A DNA stretch of 63,831 nt, the filler included, from Rhabdomonas costata (Eukaryota), in assembly GCA_019059605.1 (NCBI GenBank). It is 55 parts of 55 records of this genome, joined end to end, with 100 filler letters (N's around TTAATTAATTAA, not from the genome) between each part and the next. Parts side by side here need not be neighbours in the genome. Positions count along the whole stretch, not along the records: positions 62,770 to 63,831 come from JAHMHO010030688.1; 54 more parts are not named here. One strand, given 5' to 3'. Under the pieces are notes generated by a model. It saw only the letters and a program-made list of their open reading frames with translations. It was not told the DNA's origin and ran no database searches. Below are positions 63,410 to 63,831 of the stretch, piece by piece; the stretch's first letter is position 1; each line of letters begins with the position of its first letter. Position numbers and translations under genes: made by a program.

Positions 63410-63831
63410 GTGCGCTGCACTCTTCTGCCCCCCCCCCCTCCCTTTACCAATGTACAGTGGTGTGGGGGGATCCTCAAACCTACTCATTTATGCCTTACCC
63501 ATTTTTCATCGTTGCAGTTTTCTGCGAACAAAATGCCTTGTGCACTCAACGTGTGGGAACTCACTGTACGGGCAATTGCATTGGGAGAGGGGTGGGGGCG
63601 TTGAACGTTAAATGTCGGGAGTCAAGTTGCAATACCCCCAATAGCACGTCCCCGCCTCATTCAGCCGCGCAGACCGGTTTCAGCAGCCCGCCCCGGGAAT
63701 AATCCCAAAAGGTTCACAAAGATGCAGAACGCCGTTAACTTTAACGCCGTTAAACGTTGAGCGCCGTCCCTCCCCCCCCCCCTCCCTTTACCAATGTAAA
63801 GTGGTGTGGGGGGATCCTCAAACAAACCCAC

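Noticed and set aside
1-63831. Operon, gene-cluster or defence-system interpretation of neighbouring genes; rRNA, tRNA or SL RNA genes
   Set aside because: Neighbouring genes lie on unrelated contigs, and no structured RNA gene could be recognised by eye.

Overview
This window is not a continuous locus. It is an artificial concatenation of about 55 unrelated contigs of ~1.06 kb, apparently size-sorted and joined by N44-TTAATTAATTAA-N44 spacers (stop codons in all six frames), so adjacency between contigs means nothing. The DNA is from an intron-rich eukaryote with short GC-rich exons, mostly GT-AG introns (often GTGCG/GTATG/GTACG donors), some GC-AG introns and polypyrimidine-AG sites just upstream of start codons. 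A euglenozoan, probably euglenid-like, protist is inferred. G/T-only contig ends and fold-back inversions point to whole-genome amplification. Most long ORF-track entries are spurious; real genes appear as spliced exon fragments. These include two mitochondrial carriers, V-ATPase subunit C, a GT15 mannosyltransferase, a cupin, a PPP phosphatase, agmatine deiminase, a DUF1295-type protein, an LRR protein, VPS15, a MAP2K-like kinase, TM9SF, bacterial-type aconitase B, WD40 proteins, a methyltransferase, IFT139, an RRM protein, acyl-CoA thioesterase, an SPX-RING ligase and an ABCG transporter. Decayed Ty3/gypsy, LINE-like and DIRS-like elements are also present. The most notable signals are (1) an AT-rich contig with an HNH-endonuclease C-terminus missed by the ORF track and an (ACT)4 end, resembling the terminus of a Polinton/Maverick-like endogenous virus, and (2) a bacterial-type AcnB gene carrying spliceosomal introns, one of them GC-AG. 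All family assignments come from recognising motifs by eye, not from database searches.
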